Part shown: piece after piece, positions 48,979-61,857 of the stretch
Numbering within the stretch: the stretch's first letter is position 1
How the letters are laid out: every line of letters begins with the position of its first letter
NCBI GenBank assembly: GCA_010015585.1
Contig: ML975159.1
DNA from: Eremomyces bilateralis CBS 781.70
Taxonomy: Eukaryota
DNA: 64,000 nt
Reading direction: 5' to 3' (one strand)
Program-made: the position numbers and the translations under genes
Notes under the pieces: model-generated
Told to the model about the DNA's origin: nothing
What the model saw: only the letters and a program-made list of their open reading frames with translations
The model's database searches: none

Positions 48979-49432
48979 GTGTAATAATGATCAATCGTAA
49001 CGGGAGTTTGACGAAAGCTATGACGATGGTTTTTCTTTGATACTGACGACTTCATGGTCTAGCAAATGGCATCTGTCAAATTCCATCACTTTCAGTCACA
49101 GTCTCGTTCCATCGTGGTCTTCACTGAGTATGCTTCTTCTTTCAATCTTGCGGTGTCAGTTCTATAACGGTAAAAGTCTCCTACATGGACATACCCCGCC
49201 TGAATGCTAGACCATGTGTAACCCGCGCTCTTAGCGGCTTCTCTGTTTCGCTCCGGAAATTTTAGAGTGCACGATGTTGACCCAATGATCGAAACGCCGT
49301 TCCTTATAAAATGAAGTATGAATTCGCCGTAATAGGGGCAAGAACCCTAGTTCGGTTCGAACCCTTCAACTTCACCCCGTCCCCATAGCCCAGAAAGGCA
49401 AAGAGCGCACCGATGCCCGTCGCGGCGAATCG

Positions 49433-50338
49433 ATGTCCCCTCTACCGACCTCTCCACAAGGGCGGTGATCTCCTCGCCGAAGAAATCTACTTCCAGGCTC
49501 GAGGTCGCGGAGCCCGCGCCCGATGTCGAAATCCGGAGCCTGCCGACGCTGTCTCCGGGAGCACTACCTGGCGATGGAGATGTCGTTTATGTGCTTCTTA
49601 GAGCGTACGCCCGACCAGGCACGCGCCGCATCTAAGCGAACTAAGAAGGAGAAGAAGAAGAGCAGATTTAACTTACGTGGAGGAGGCGAGGGAGAATCGG
49701 ACGGCGGTGGAGGGATGAGCCTCTGGCGCCACCGCCACCATTTCCTGTGAGCGCGCGCGTGATGGACAAGCTTGGATGTCGGTGTGCCGCTGCACATACG
49801 ACTTCCGACATCGAAGACGGATGCACCGCATGTTATTACGGCCCAGAAGCAGTCGAGCGACGTACCAGACGATCACTACCTGCGCCGCCACTAAAATCCC
49901 ACTTGTACCGGGCGTCAAACCTCGCCCTGCACGACCTATAAGACCGCTCCCTCCACCGCTGGTAAAACCTCCTCCCCCACCGCTTGCAAGGTCTCACCCT
50001 GCAGCCCGCCTGAACGCTTCAGACAAACTATCTCGTTGTGTGTCTGGGGCGGCGGCCCGGAGCACTTGGACGGTCGGCCGCCCCCGCAAGACGAGGCATC
50101 GCATCCGGAGGCGGAGCGGCGATCTTCGGCTCCTCAAGGGCGCGGTGGATGGGAATATGACTGGGACGCGATGCGGAGGCATATGAGAATACGAGGGGGT
50201 GGCGGACCGGCGGAAACGTCATGGGAAGAACGGGAAGAGGCGTCGCTGGCAATACGAGAGATGCCTGTTCTCCAGCTCGGTTTCGGCCAGTGTAACTGGA
50301 ATCCATTGGGGCGAGTCGGGAAGGGTTCGGATGAGTAA
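49433..50338 (+). pseudogene. Possible decayed gene with repeated (L/I)RGGG motifs
   Basis: One GC-rich frame of ~300 codons broken by TGA 49466, TGA 49748, TGA 49760 and TAA 49892. Contains FNLRGGG, LCVWGGG and MRIRGGGG. Confidence 0.3.
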
Positions 50339-50951
50339 CAATGATAAAGTGGAAGATAGTTCTAAGAGGCGCGTCGGTCTTGCCGGAAGCCTGGGTGGGA
50401 GAGGGAAAATGGATTAGCTACGGAATCCGGATTTGACAATGGTGGATGAATACTGAGTAGTAATGGACAAGCATTTTGTTCGGCAACAGAGCGCAATGAC
50501 CTAGTGTATATGAAAGGGCTAGTTAGCTTGCCAGTGCATGGCGATGACTGAGTGTCGATTTGTCTATGATTAGGGTTTGGAGTGCAAGTTCGCGACAATA
50601 TTGGTAATAGTTTGTACCTGATATCCTTTCACAGTATATTCCTAGAGTACGGTTCGGATGTCACGTCTGTGACATTTGTACATCGTTGATAAATTTGTTC
50701 AAGACTGGACTACTTTATTCACACTGAAGGTGGAGGTCCGATAAGTTGCCGTCAAGATTCTCATCCACCGCAATTAGGACCTGGGTTGAGGCTGGACTCC
50801 ACCTACAACACTTAGATCGTCGAAAGATATCAATGCTGGTCATGAAATCCAATTCCGGCTTGACGCCGCCATGATATGACTCGGAGCTATAAGCCGAAAA
50901 TCATTCCAAAAAGCCAACCGCTTTGCGCCGAATACGCCGTCGCTACTCATC

Positions 50952-53900
50952 TCATGTCGCCCGAACTCGCTCATAAAACACCAAATATGCCTGCCCGTTC
51001 TGCAACGCATCGCCCGGATGCCGCTGCTCCGGCCGGAATTCAGTCACCGTCGCGTCGTTATAATGCATCCAGCAATTCATGCCCGGGTTCTTGACCAAGG
51101 CGGTGTAATGGCCCCCCGTAATCGTGGTGCCGATGTGCCGAATGACGGCGTATGCATTGTAGATATACGGCGGTGTCATCGACGGCGGAAGCGCGCTGTC
51201 ATCTGGCCCGCGGTCCCGCGTGTTGGTCTGAATTTCATCGTCGGTGGGAGGAGGGATCATCCATCGCCCGAGATCTAGCCCGGTCAGAGGGAAGTTGACC
51301 GGCGTGGCGACCTTGATATCTGACAACGAGGCGTCGAAGCGCTTAAAATGAAAGACCAGGATCTCAGGGGCGCGAGTGAATGTAACCTGCTTAGTGGCAG
51401 CGCGATATTGGTTGCAGGTCGGGCAATTCCACTGGCCATCAATCTGATCTTCCGCGCAGTATCGGTCGATGCACTCCCCGAGCCGCGGATTACCACCCCG
51501 AGGGATGTCGACAGAGATGCTGAAGAACGGCTCATATATTGTCGACGTATTTCTGCATGTCCCGCATTTAACGCGGGAGGTAAACTGGCCGCCGAAAAGA
51601 CTGGTAATGAAGCTTTCGTTGCGCTTAATATGCCGGTTCCATTCGATCTTTGCGGCGAAAGCCTTGCCGATCCGCTCTCTTTTCGCCTCCTCGGCTGGAG
51701 TGAGCTGGTGTGGAGGTGCATTGTTCCAAGTGGCGTTCAGGTCTTCATGCATGAGGTCGATCAATACGTCCCAAAATTCCTTCGCGTCCTGTTGTTGACC
51801 ATCCGACCATTTGGTCGAAATTCTCCCCATGAGATTCTGCGGCATGTTAGTGCACATAGATGGAAATGATGCGGATCACGTACCCGGAATGTGGATGGTC
51901 GAACAGCGGTGACATCGTTCTGCCAAAGGTGTAAGAGGAGGTTGGAAAAGTGCTGCGAGACGAGACCCCGGGAACCTTTCCAATTCTCGGTCTGGATATA
52001 TTTGCGGTACGAGCCGTCTCGGAGAAAAGATGATAATCGCAAGGTGCCGCTCAAGGCTTGGACCACGGAATTCATGAAACAGCTGTTACCACAATTAACC
52101 AATCCGGCTTTCGGTATCCGAATATCCCGCATATCGTAAGTGTAGTTGTAGGAAACTTGCGGGGGACCTCGGATGGTGGGATAACGTGTCGAGTCTCGTT
52201 CATGTACACCGTTGTAGCTAACTCTAGGAGCGGCCGGTGCCGGCCTTGTTGGCACCGTAGGGAGAGAGCTTGTAGGGGGCGGTCGAGAAGGAGGCGAGAC
52301 CATCGACTGCTTTTCCAAAGTGGTTACGTCAGGGAAGCGGCGGAGGAAATCCGCTGTCGTGCGCACCATCGGGTATTCCTCACTTTCAGGAACGAAGGTC
52401 TGGGAGTCCATGGGCAAACTCTCTTGCTGTGCCCGCTCTGACCAATGCTGCACTTCTTCGGGCTCCATCTCCGGCACTTCTCGATGTGCCTTGTCGTATA
52501 TCGGGCCACTACCCGGGAGAATTGGCGCTTTACGTGCTGGCCGCGACGCCTTCATTGCTTTGGTCGCGGTCGTGTGGCTAGACAACAAGGACTGAGTGCC
52601 CAGAAGCTCGATCCATGCGTCGAGTCCGCCTTGGAGGAGAATCGGCTTGAGCCTCAAAGGTTTGGAGTTGTACTGTAACAGCGCATCGTAAAGGATTTTC
52701 ATGGCCCCTTCTGATCCATTCCGCGGAGTGAGGGTTGTGAAGTTCACGGAGGCGGTGTTCTTATCGTAGAAGACCACGTAACTGTACTCCTGACGACGAG
52801 AGAAGGATTGCTGTTCCCCATCGGGTGACAGTACAAGCGAGTCCTCTAATTCATCCGCAGACATGTCTTCCCGCAACTGACTCGGCTCGATGCACATGAC
52901 ATTGGGAGCGTATATATGCCCTTCATCGAATTCGTCTCGGTGCCGCACATCAATTAATAGCACGGTCGATATTTTGATCAAGTCATAAAGCTTCTTGGGG
53001 CTTATGTGGGCCCCGAATGTCGCCGAGGTGCTAGCTCTTCTTGACTGTTGAGAGGAAACATCGCGCCGACCGTCAAAATACGATTGTTCCTGAGACGTAC
53101 CAGACCACTGAGAGTTGGATCCTGATGTCTGGGTGTAATGTCCACCTGAGCCAACTATGCTTCGAGGTGTCGCACGAGGAGGTGGAATGCTAGCGGGAGT
53201 CGCCATATTGCGAGCTGGGCTATACGTCGGACTTGGTTCTTTTGGAAGCGATGGGTTGAAGTTCGTGTCCAATGGAAGTTTCGGCGGATGGGGAGGGCGG
53301 TGAGTTGATTTCGGAATCGATCTCGGACCCGCAGGTCTAGGCTGCGCGCCTGCTCCTGATTGCGATGCGCGAGTAGTCGTGGACGTGCCAAAATCAGATG
53401 GTGACGGCATGCGCAGCGGGGGCTCAGGGTATGATGATGCCCCTTCCTGGGACGGACGATCGCCGTTTGCTCCGGATCTTAACCCGGCGAACCTTTCACG
53501 TAGTGGATCACTGAGCCGTGACCCGGCAGGAGGATAGGCTGACCCGTTTACCACGCGCCCGTGTAGATTCTCGGGTTTCGGTCTCACAGGCGGCTTCGAT
53601 CTTGGAGAGTTGGATGAGTCAGCAGGGGTCGAGCGACCTGAAGTACCGTTCGGTGTTCCTGGTCGGTAGGCCAAGTATTTTGAAGCATCCGATGGGTAAT
53701 GCGACGATTCCATGTTCCCGCCGTTGCCCGATATCGAGTTTCTGTGATGTTGTCCTTGGTATGAATCAGGGCTGTCTGCCGTTGAAGGCCGGGACTGAGA
53801 CTCGGCATCATACGCTGCCTTTGTTTCTGGTAGAATTCCACTCCTCCGGTTGTCATTGATGATTATCTCTTTGATATTCGAGAACTGCGACTCTTTGCTC

Positions 53901-54471
53901 TGAATCTTCTGCACAGGAGGTTAGACCAATGTATCCTTTACTTCAGTCAAACACGTGACAAAGACAACTTTAAGAAAGACTTGCATACCTTTACAAGATC
54001 CCGATACATGCGATGCAGGGTACCTCGATCCGTTTGTAACGTGATATAGTCAATGTGGCGTGGGATCCGATTAACGACGATCTCGTATGCGACTAGATAT
54101 TCGATATACGCTAGGTCGGGGCTCCGCTTGAAGGTAAGCAGCGACTCGCTAACTGACAGTGCTTGACTGGCTTCAGTCACCAAGAAGTTCATCTGCTATA
54201 AGTTAGTGGCGCGGAACGGAACGGTGATGTCGACGCATACAGGAGCCTGCTGATCGATGTTGTTCACCCTCCCTTGTGCGAGAACGGTGATATCAATGAA
54301 ATGCCTCATCGCTGGTCCGACTGGAGGTCCTCCGCTACCATTTCTCTCCCCTCCCGTCCATCTTTCTGGTATTGAGCTTCCGTCGCCCCCATGATGGGGA
54401 TGGCCATTCATGGCGTACCCACGGGCAGAGATGTGCGATTGCCTTGGAGAATATGGCGCGGGAGCGTTCAT
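50952..54471 (-). CDS. DOA4: Ubiquitin C-terminal hydrolase, Doa4/USP8 type (MIT-like N-terminus, rhodanese-like domain, USP domain), multi-exon
   Basis: PDLAYIEYL, rhodanese-like LLIDVRHRDEFDEGHI..LQGGLDAW, Cys box GLVNCGNSCFMNS, QQQDAKEF, HFKRF, His box HIGTTITGGHYTA..YNDA. Confidence 0.92.
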
Positions 54472-54891
54472 CTTCGAACTCTACCCATCCTGGGAACAAT
54501 AACTCTTCGGTATGAGCCTTGAGTCTTGAAGGATGGTTTGGGGCGGAACGACGATCTCGGTTCGAGGGTGAGTGATGACGGATATGGCCGGGCGGTGCCC
54601 GGTGGCTTCGGGCTGTAGGGAAGTTGAGGCGAGAGGTGAATGGTCTGCCTTTGTCAGTTTATAAAGCAGACTTCTATCGTCTCAGGGAAAGGCATATATC
54701 GGAGGTGATTTGTGAATTGCGGTACGTTCCGCAGCGTCAACGATGACTATGGACTTCTGTTGCGTATCAGTGGGACGGGGGGGTCTCATGCGACAGTGAT
54801 GGGTTTCCATTCAGGCAGTTAGGCAACAAATAATTGAGTGGATACCACATCCTTGCTAGTGTGGCTTAGTCGCAGAGCCGCCACATCGCCC

Positions 54892-54915
54892 CGCCACTTG
54901 CGCCACTTGCGCCAC
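54892..54915. promoter_or_regulatory. 9-bp tandem repeat (cgccacttg) in the DOA4/VPS27 divergent promoter
   Basis: cgccacttg cgccacttg cgccac. The minus strand contains two GTGGCGCA. Confidence 0.5.
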
Positions 54916-55267
54916 ACTGCACCCCGGCCACCTCCACCTCCGCCTGCACCGACATGACACTGTGCAGCACCAGTGACCAGGCCACCGTCTTGAGCTCCCA
55001 GCATTACGCAGTAGGAACGTTGCGTTGTCGATGAACACTTGCACGACCGTTACCTCCAGCTTCCATACTCTGCCTACATCTTGTCATCGATAGTCCGGTT
55101 CCACGATCTGGATTCGCCGGTGATTCTTGACCGATCATAGCGATAATACAGTCCCCGAACCACTCGACCTTCGCTCACGCTACCTGTACCTTGCCACTCC
55201 CTCATCCGCCGCATCCCTCAGGTTTACACGAAGCCGGTAGTGTATCTCAGTTGGCCAGGTTGCAATC

Positions 55268-57592
55268 ATGGCAGGCTGGTTCTCTTCCTCGAATAGCGCT
55301 CTGGATGAGCAAATAGAGCGTGCGACCTCTTCAAGCTTGTATGACCAAACATCGTCGGAGACCAGAGTATAGGCAACGCTGACCGATCGCAGGGAAGATA
55401 TCGCGCTCAATCTTGAGATATCGGATACCATCCGATCAAAGACCGTTCAACCTCGAGAAGCGATGCGATCCTTGAAGAAACGAATAGGCCACAAGAACCC
55501 TAATGTCCAGCTCTCCGCACTGAATGTATGGCCACCCACCCGTAGTCCGTTGGTTGCCGATCACTCACTAACAGACATCCTCTTATAGCTGACCGACACA
55601 TGCGTCAAAAATGGCGGCTTGCATTTCATCACCGAAATCGCCTCTCGCGAGTTTATGGACAACCTTACCTCCCTTCTCAAAGCGTACGGAGCGGCTGCAC
55701 CCAACGAGGATGTCAAAGGCAAGATCCTGGAGCTGATCCAAGCCTGGGCTGCCGCTTCGGAGAGCCGGAGTAGCCTCTCATACATCAACGAAGTATACAA
55801 GACGCTTCAACGCGAAGGATTCAAGTTTCCGCCAAAGCCGGACGTGGCGAGCAGCATGTTTGACAGCAGCGCACCTCCAGAATGGATCGAGTCGGACGTT
55901 TGCATGCGCTGCCGGACCCCGTTCACATTTACGAATCGTAAACACCACTGCCGGAATTGTGGAGGCGTTTTCTGTCATTCTTGCTCAAGCAAGACCCTGC
56001 CGCTCCCTCACCTGGGAATCAACCAGGCTGTCCGCGTCGATGATGGTTGCTATACGAAGCTGACCGAAAAGCCGAAGGAGGTGCCCGCTCCAACAGCGGT
56101 CGATGCGGCTAAGTCAAGCAAAACGGTATACCAATCATCTATGCAGCCTCGAGACGCGAAAGTTGCCGATAGCTTCGATGCCGATTTAAAGCGGGCATTG
56201 GAGATGAGCCTGGAGGAAAGCAAGGGGGGTCAGCCTGGACATGGATATGTTCCGCAGTCGCAGCTTCAGAATACCAAGCCAACAGCGGTCAATGGGAATT
56301 CAAAGTCATCAAAACAGCCTGAAGAGGATGATGACCCGGATCTGAAAGCGGCGATTGCTGCGTCCTTGGCGGACATGGAAGAACAGAAAAAGCAGCATGC
56401 TGCTCAGCTCAAGCAACAGACCGAAACATCGAATGGCAAACCACCCGCCTTCGCCCCGAAGAATGATTACGAACTCACACCTGCAGAGGCAGAGAACATT
56501 AGCTTGTTCGCGACTCTTGTTGAAAGGCTCCAACATCAGCCGCCCGGAACGATCCTCAGAGAGCCACAAATCCAGGAGCTATACGAGAACATCGGGAGAC
56601 TACGTCCCAAACTGGCCCGAACCTATGGAGAAACCATGAGCAAACATGGTAGGACAATTCCGTAAGGATGACTAGGCACAATACTGACGAGTTTATTAGA
56701 TACGCTCCTCGATCTACACGCCAAGCTCTCGACTGTTGTCCGATATTATGACCGGATGCTTGAAGAGCGGCTATCCCACACATATAGCCAACCTAGCCAT
56801 TATGGAATGGCGCCACCGCAGCAACCCCCATCAAACTTATATCCCAGCATTGCGTCCAATCCGACTGGCCCCCCTACTGCTCCTCCCACCGGCGGTCCTG
56901 AGAGCTATTATGCTGGCGATTCCGTCCCTCCCGAGCCATACGGCCAACCGCAGCCAACATATGGGGGTTACCCAGCGCCAAATCAAGCTCCGCATTCACC
57001 CTACGACAATCGATCATCCGCCCCTCCAAAGTACAATCAGCCTGGACATGATACCCGATATCAGCCAGGAAGAACTTACTCCCAGCACTCTCACGCGCCA
57101 GCCCATCCGCAACAGCGTGCCCCAAGCGCCAGTAACCCCTACGAACACACCCCCCCGGCCCACGCCTCCCCCCATATCCCTCAACGCACATCCTCGCACG
57201 CCTATCCACCCAACCAACCCCAACCCTCCCAACCTCCCAGCCAATACGCCCCCTCAAACCCCGCAGCAGCCGACGACGCCACCGCCTTCTACTACGCCGA
57301 CCAAGCGACCTCCCCCCAACCCTCCCACGCGGCCCCCCCGCAAAGTTTCTCCCCCAACCCTCCCCAATCCCACGCGGCCCCCCAACATCCTCCACCCCAG
57401 CAGACCCAACCGCCGCCGCAGCAGTATTGGAACCAACAGCAGGCCCCGCCGCAGGGCCAACCACAGCCGCAGAGCTGGGCACAGACGCCGGCGTACCAGC
57501 CGCCGGGGGCGGGGATAGCGGGATCCGCGTTCCCGAGTGCGCCGCAGCACGCGCCGCAGCCGCAGAAAGAGGAGGCGTTGATCGAGCTGTGA
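55268..57592 (+). CDS. VPS27: ESCRT-0 subunit Vps27 (VHS-FYVE-UIM-UIM), multi-exon
   Basis: [40 protein letters not shown], UIMs [10 protein letters not shown] and [15 protein letters not shown] motif, C-terminal clathrin box ALIEL. Confidence 0.97.
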
Positions 57593-57989
57593 GCGATTGA
57601 AGGAGGGTGGGGCACGGATGGGTTTCCGTATATCGAATGGCGAGCGTTGCGATTTTCATGGAATTCATAATGGCGTGGCGGCGATTCCTGTGCGGAATGC
57701 TTACTACGGCATTTTATGGCGCATTGGGGGATCGGATTGTAGGTTGATTACGGAGTTGTACTATGATGTTCCCGGTGAAGGTTGGTGAGAGGAGCACGCG
57801 CGGGTTTAAGACACCTTTAGATGGATAGTTGGGAATGTGATTGACTTCAAAACAATATTCACTTAAGAGCTTGGCCCGAAAATGCGGGCTTGGTTTTCAC
57901 CACCATTGAATACGGTCTGGAGTCTAAACGATGTAACAGTGATATGAATACGGAGTTGACAAGCCCCGCTTCCGAGGAACGAAAATATA

Positions 57990-58847
57990 TCAGACCTCCG
58001 CCGCTCGAGCGATGAAATCAGCCACCTCATCCGGATGCGTCAAAAAAGGGGTATGACCCGTCTCGATCTCCTCGGACCGCTCAATATCGACGCCCGGCAG
58101 CGCCACGATATACTTCTGCTGTGCCAGTGACACCACGAGATCCTTGGTGCACATCAAGAACCAGCCAGGGCTATCGGAGTGTCCCGCATATTCAACCGGC
58201 GTGCCGAGAGCTCTATGTACGACGTATTAGCGCGCACACGAAGCCTCGAAGCCTGTGGACTTACGCCACCGACTGGGTCTTCAGCTTCCCCGACATCTCT
58301 TCCTGCTTCTCCTTCGGCAGCCCATTATAAAACATCTCCGGGCTCGCGATCCACGCGACCTCCCCATCATCCTACACAAATCAGCACGCCGCACCCAAGC
58401 TCGATTCCGTCGCCCGCAACCTACCCTTATTTCTGCCACGCTCCCCATATCCACCCCCGATTTCGCCGCCCACTCCGCCGTCAGCTCCCAATGTGACTGC
58501 CCCACGACCGGCAAGCTCGTCGCGATGTACACCGTTCGCCGTACGCACGGCCCCGCGCCGCGGTCCTTCACGCCGAAGCCACGGATGGCTTCGCCGCCGA
58601 CGACGCCGCCGTAGGAGTGCATGACGAGGACGCAATCGTTGCCGTCCTTGTCTATGACTTGGTGGAGGACGGCGCGCAGGGCTTCGACGTCGACTTGGAG
58701 GGGGCGGGCGGAGCCGGCGCTGGGAAGGGCGAGGTCGTCGATGCAGGGGAGGGATTTGGCGCGGAGGGAGTGGGAGAGGGGGGAGAAGCACCAGGGGCCG
58801 TGGAAGGCGCCGTGGACGAGGATGATGGTGGGTTTTGGGGTTGACAT
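57990..58847 (-). CDS. Alpha/beta hydrolase (AB hydrolase 6, methylesterase-like), 3 exons
   Basis: ILVHGAFHGPWCF, nucleophile elbow MHSYGG, CTKDLVV (Asp), TGHTPFL (His). Stop at 57990. Confidence 0.88.
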
Positions 58848-59368
58848 GTTGGACTTGAGGAGAAATGGAAGGAGAAATGGATAGAGACTGTGAGAAGAAA
58901 ATGAAGATAAGAGACTGTGGAAGGACAGTAAGGAGAGAAGGGGGGCTGATACGGCTTATACTGTACCTACGATCTTGTGGCGTATGTCGTGGAACAACAT
59001 CGATCTACACAATCGGCCATCTGATCGATCGTTTAAGCAAGGAGATTAAGTTGCATGAATGGCGGGACGCCAGTATCGACATCACGGTGACGAAGATGTG
59101 CCGTACTACTAGGCAGCTGCTACGAAGTAAGGGATATCGAGGGTATTCTCAGTTCTCAGTTTCTCACGGACGGGACGAGTCAGAAGCAGAGTGTCAGCCC
59201 TCTGGTAGGTAGGCCTGGCCGTTTTTGAACCTATGAAGGGGGCGCATTTATCAATTCTTGGCCATATTGATCAACCCTTGTTACGTGCGAAGACGACGAT
59301 TTAATATGTAACTCGTAACCGAACAATGGGATGAATCAAGGGGAGAATGAATTGAATTGAGGGTCTAA

Positions 59369-59407
59369 ATCACGTGCAGATGCAGGGAAGTGGCGCGGTC
59401 ACGTGAT
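59369..59407. promoter_or_regulatory. Two RTCACGTG E-boxes upstream of TIM17
   Basis: atcacgtg (59369-59376) and gtcacgtgat (59398-59407). Confidence 0.4.
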
Positions 59408-59589
59408 AAAACTTTGCCAAGGCTGGAACTTTTGAAGCAACACCCTGCATCTTCAAAGTTCAGCAGTCGATTGATTCTCCCAACAGCGAACGTTTACACC
59501 CTCCACCCATCCCATCACGATCTGAGGAACGGCAGAGTACCGCTTGCTCGGGGGACCATCAATCACGACAGCACTTGAATCACACAGCA

Positions 59590-60273
59590 ATGGATCACAC
59601 GCGAGATCCATGTCCGTGGGTGGCCCTAAATGATTTCGGAGGCGCATTCTGTATGGGGGTAAGGATTTCCATGCCGTCGTTCGAGGCTATAGCTAACGAG
59701 ATTCATTCATCAGGCGATCGGAGGCGCAGGTAAATGACTTCGATTCCGATTCTTCGAGCGGGAACTTACATAGTGGTAGTGTGGCACGGTGTTAAAGGCT
59801 ATCGGAACAGTCCCTATGGCGAACGAAGAATAGGCGGTACGTTCGGCGAACTCGGGAGAGAGGAATGACAAGCTGACTGATGATAGCACTCACGGCAATC
59901 AAGGCTCGAGCACCGGTACTGGGAGGGAACTTTGGCGTCTGGGGCGGCTTGTTCTCTAGCTATGACTGCGCCGTCAAGGCCGTTCGGTTCGTCCCTACGT
60001 CCAACGTCCTCTCGATATCGACAACGCTAACTTCCCCGTAGACGGAAAGAAGACCCGTGGAATGCAATCATCGCTGGCTTTTTCACCGGCGGCTCGCTGG
60101 CGGTCCGTGGTGGACTCCGACAGATGCGAAACGGCGCGATCGGGTGCGCAATCCTCATCGCCGTCATCGAGGGCGTCGGCATCGGCTTCCAGCGAATGAT
60201 GGCCGACAACACGAGGCTAGAACTCCCCCCTCCGCCTCCCGAGGCCGCGACGGCTGGCAAGGTGCTTGCGTGA
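59590..60273 (+). CDS. TIM17: Mitochondrial inner membrane translocase subunit Tim17, 5 short exons (most missed by the ORF track)
   Basis: [47 protein letters not shown]|..[25 protein letters not shown]|..[16 protein letters not shown]. Confidence 0.96.
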
Positions 60274-60853
60274 GCGACGACGCTCCGATCCTCTGCTTCA
60301 GTGTATTCCAAATGCGATTTTCGAGGGGTATATTATTCCCGGGTATGGATTGTTGGGAACAATTCGGCGATTGCATCAGGTTGGCGTTTCGAGACGTTTT
60401 GGCATCTCTGCTCTTACGAGTACGCTAGAAAGAAGCGAATCTTCCGTCTTCGTTTCGATTAGCGAGGCCGGTGGTACGTCATGTGTATGATAATTGTCTT
60501 GGGGTTGATCGGTGAAAATGACAGCAAATACGTTAAACTGCCAAACCTACCCACTTCTCCGGGTTCATCACGCGAGGTGGAATGGAACTCGCTTCATTTG
60601 AACTACATGTGAACCCGCTGATGATAAACTAGACGTGGGGTATATTAGAAACATCGGACCGCCGCGGTCGCGTGTCCTCTCTGATCCACCGAAGCAATAA
60701 CGAAGTACGAACTCGCTCGCGCAATACAACCACCATCGATACTCGTTTGTTCTCCCTAGTCTCTTCGGACTATCCACACCCTACAATGCCCAACGCTCCG
60801 CTCGTCCGTTTTAAAGCATAGGATTGCTATTTGCTGGCATTGGTAGATAACCC

Positions 60854-61857
60854 TCACTTCGCGGTAGTCAAGGTAGGATTATCCTCCAACGGCCCACTTG
60901 TAGCACTCATCCCTTCCTTGGCCGGTTCGGTAGCGGGAGTAGCAGCGGGCGCTGCATCCTTCGCCGGAGCGGCAGGCGTGGCATCCTTCGCCGGAGCGGC
61001 AGGCGTGGCATCCTTCGCCGGAGCGGCAGGCGTGGCATCCTTCGCCGGAGCGGCAGGCGTGGCATCCTTCGCCGGAGCGGCAGGCGTGGCATCCTTCGCC
61101 GGAGCGGCCGCAGCGGTCGTCAGTGGAGCTGCAGGAGCCGCATCTTTCACCGGCTTGGCCGCAGCGGTCGTCGCCGGTGCATCAACAGCGGGCGCGGCGG
61201 CGGGCGCGGGAGCAGGCTTCTCAGCAGCGGCAGGGGTAGCGGCGGTTTCTAGAAAAGCGACGTTAGCAACCGGCTCCTGAAATGGTCACGCGTACGACAG
61301 AGGGGACGAAGGGGACGTACTAGCTGGGGCTGCCGCCGGGGCCTTTGCTGGCTCGGTCGCGGCGGCGGCGGGAGCCGCAGCGGGCTCGGGTTTCGCAGGC
61401 TCGGCGGAGGGTTCAGCTGGCTTAGGAGCATCGGCAGCAGGCTTCGCAGCATCTGCCGCAGGGGCCGTCGCGGGAGCTGCAGCCGCAGCCGCAGCGGGAG
61501 CCGGAGCAGTTGCAGGAGCTGGAGCGGCGGGGGTTGTCGCGGTCGGTTTGGCGTCTGCGGCGGCAGCGGGGGCAGTTGGGGTAGGTTCGGTGGGTTTGGC
61601 GGCTTCAGCGACGGGTTTCTTGGACTTCTTCCGGAAGAGGCCCTTGAAGGCGCCCTTCAGCTTGTCGACCGCGTCGAGGGCTGGATGGATGGGTGGTTAG
61701 TGGTTTGTTTGATGGGGTTGGTGTGGGCGTAGGGCGTGGGGGGGTGGGTTACGATGGCTTGCGGGTTTGGATCTTGATATGGAAAAGGATAGGTGATGTT
61801 TGGGTGTTGTGAATAGGGAGAGCGCGACATCAGGGTTGACTTACGGACACCAGGCAT
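60854..61857 (-). CDS. Ala/Pro/Lys-rich low-complexity hypothetical protein, 3 exons
   Basis: MPGVP|LDAVDKLKGAFKGLFRKKSKKPVAEAAKP..., with canonical introns at ~61681-61844 and ~61248-61320. The C-terminal exon carries AAPAKDATP repeats. Confidence 0.75.
60954..61108. repeat. Perfect 27-bp coding minisatellite, 5 full units plus a 20-bp partial unit
   Basis: gcatccttcgccggagcggcaggcgtg repeated at 60954, 60981, 61008, 61035, 61062 and 61089 (partial). Confidence 0.97.

Noticed and set aside
49330..49370. GGTTCGAACCC resembling a tRNA T-arm / B box
   Set aside because: I could not build an acceptor stem, D-arm or anticodon arm around it.
60954..61108. 27-bp direct repeats as a CRISPR array
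   Set aside because: The units are contiguous with no spacers, lie in frame within a coding exon, and the genome is eukaryotic with no cas genes.
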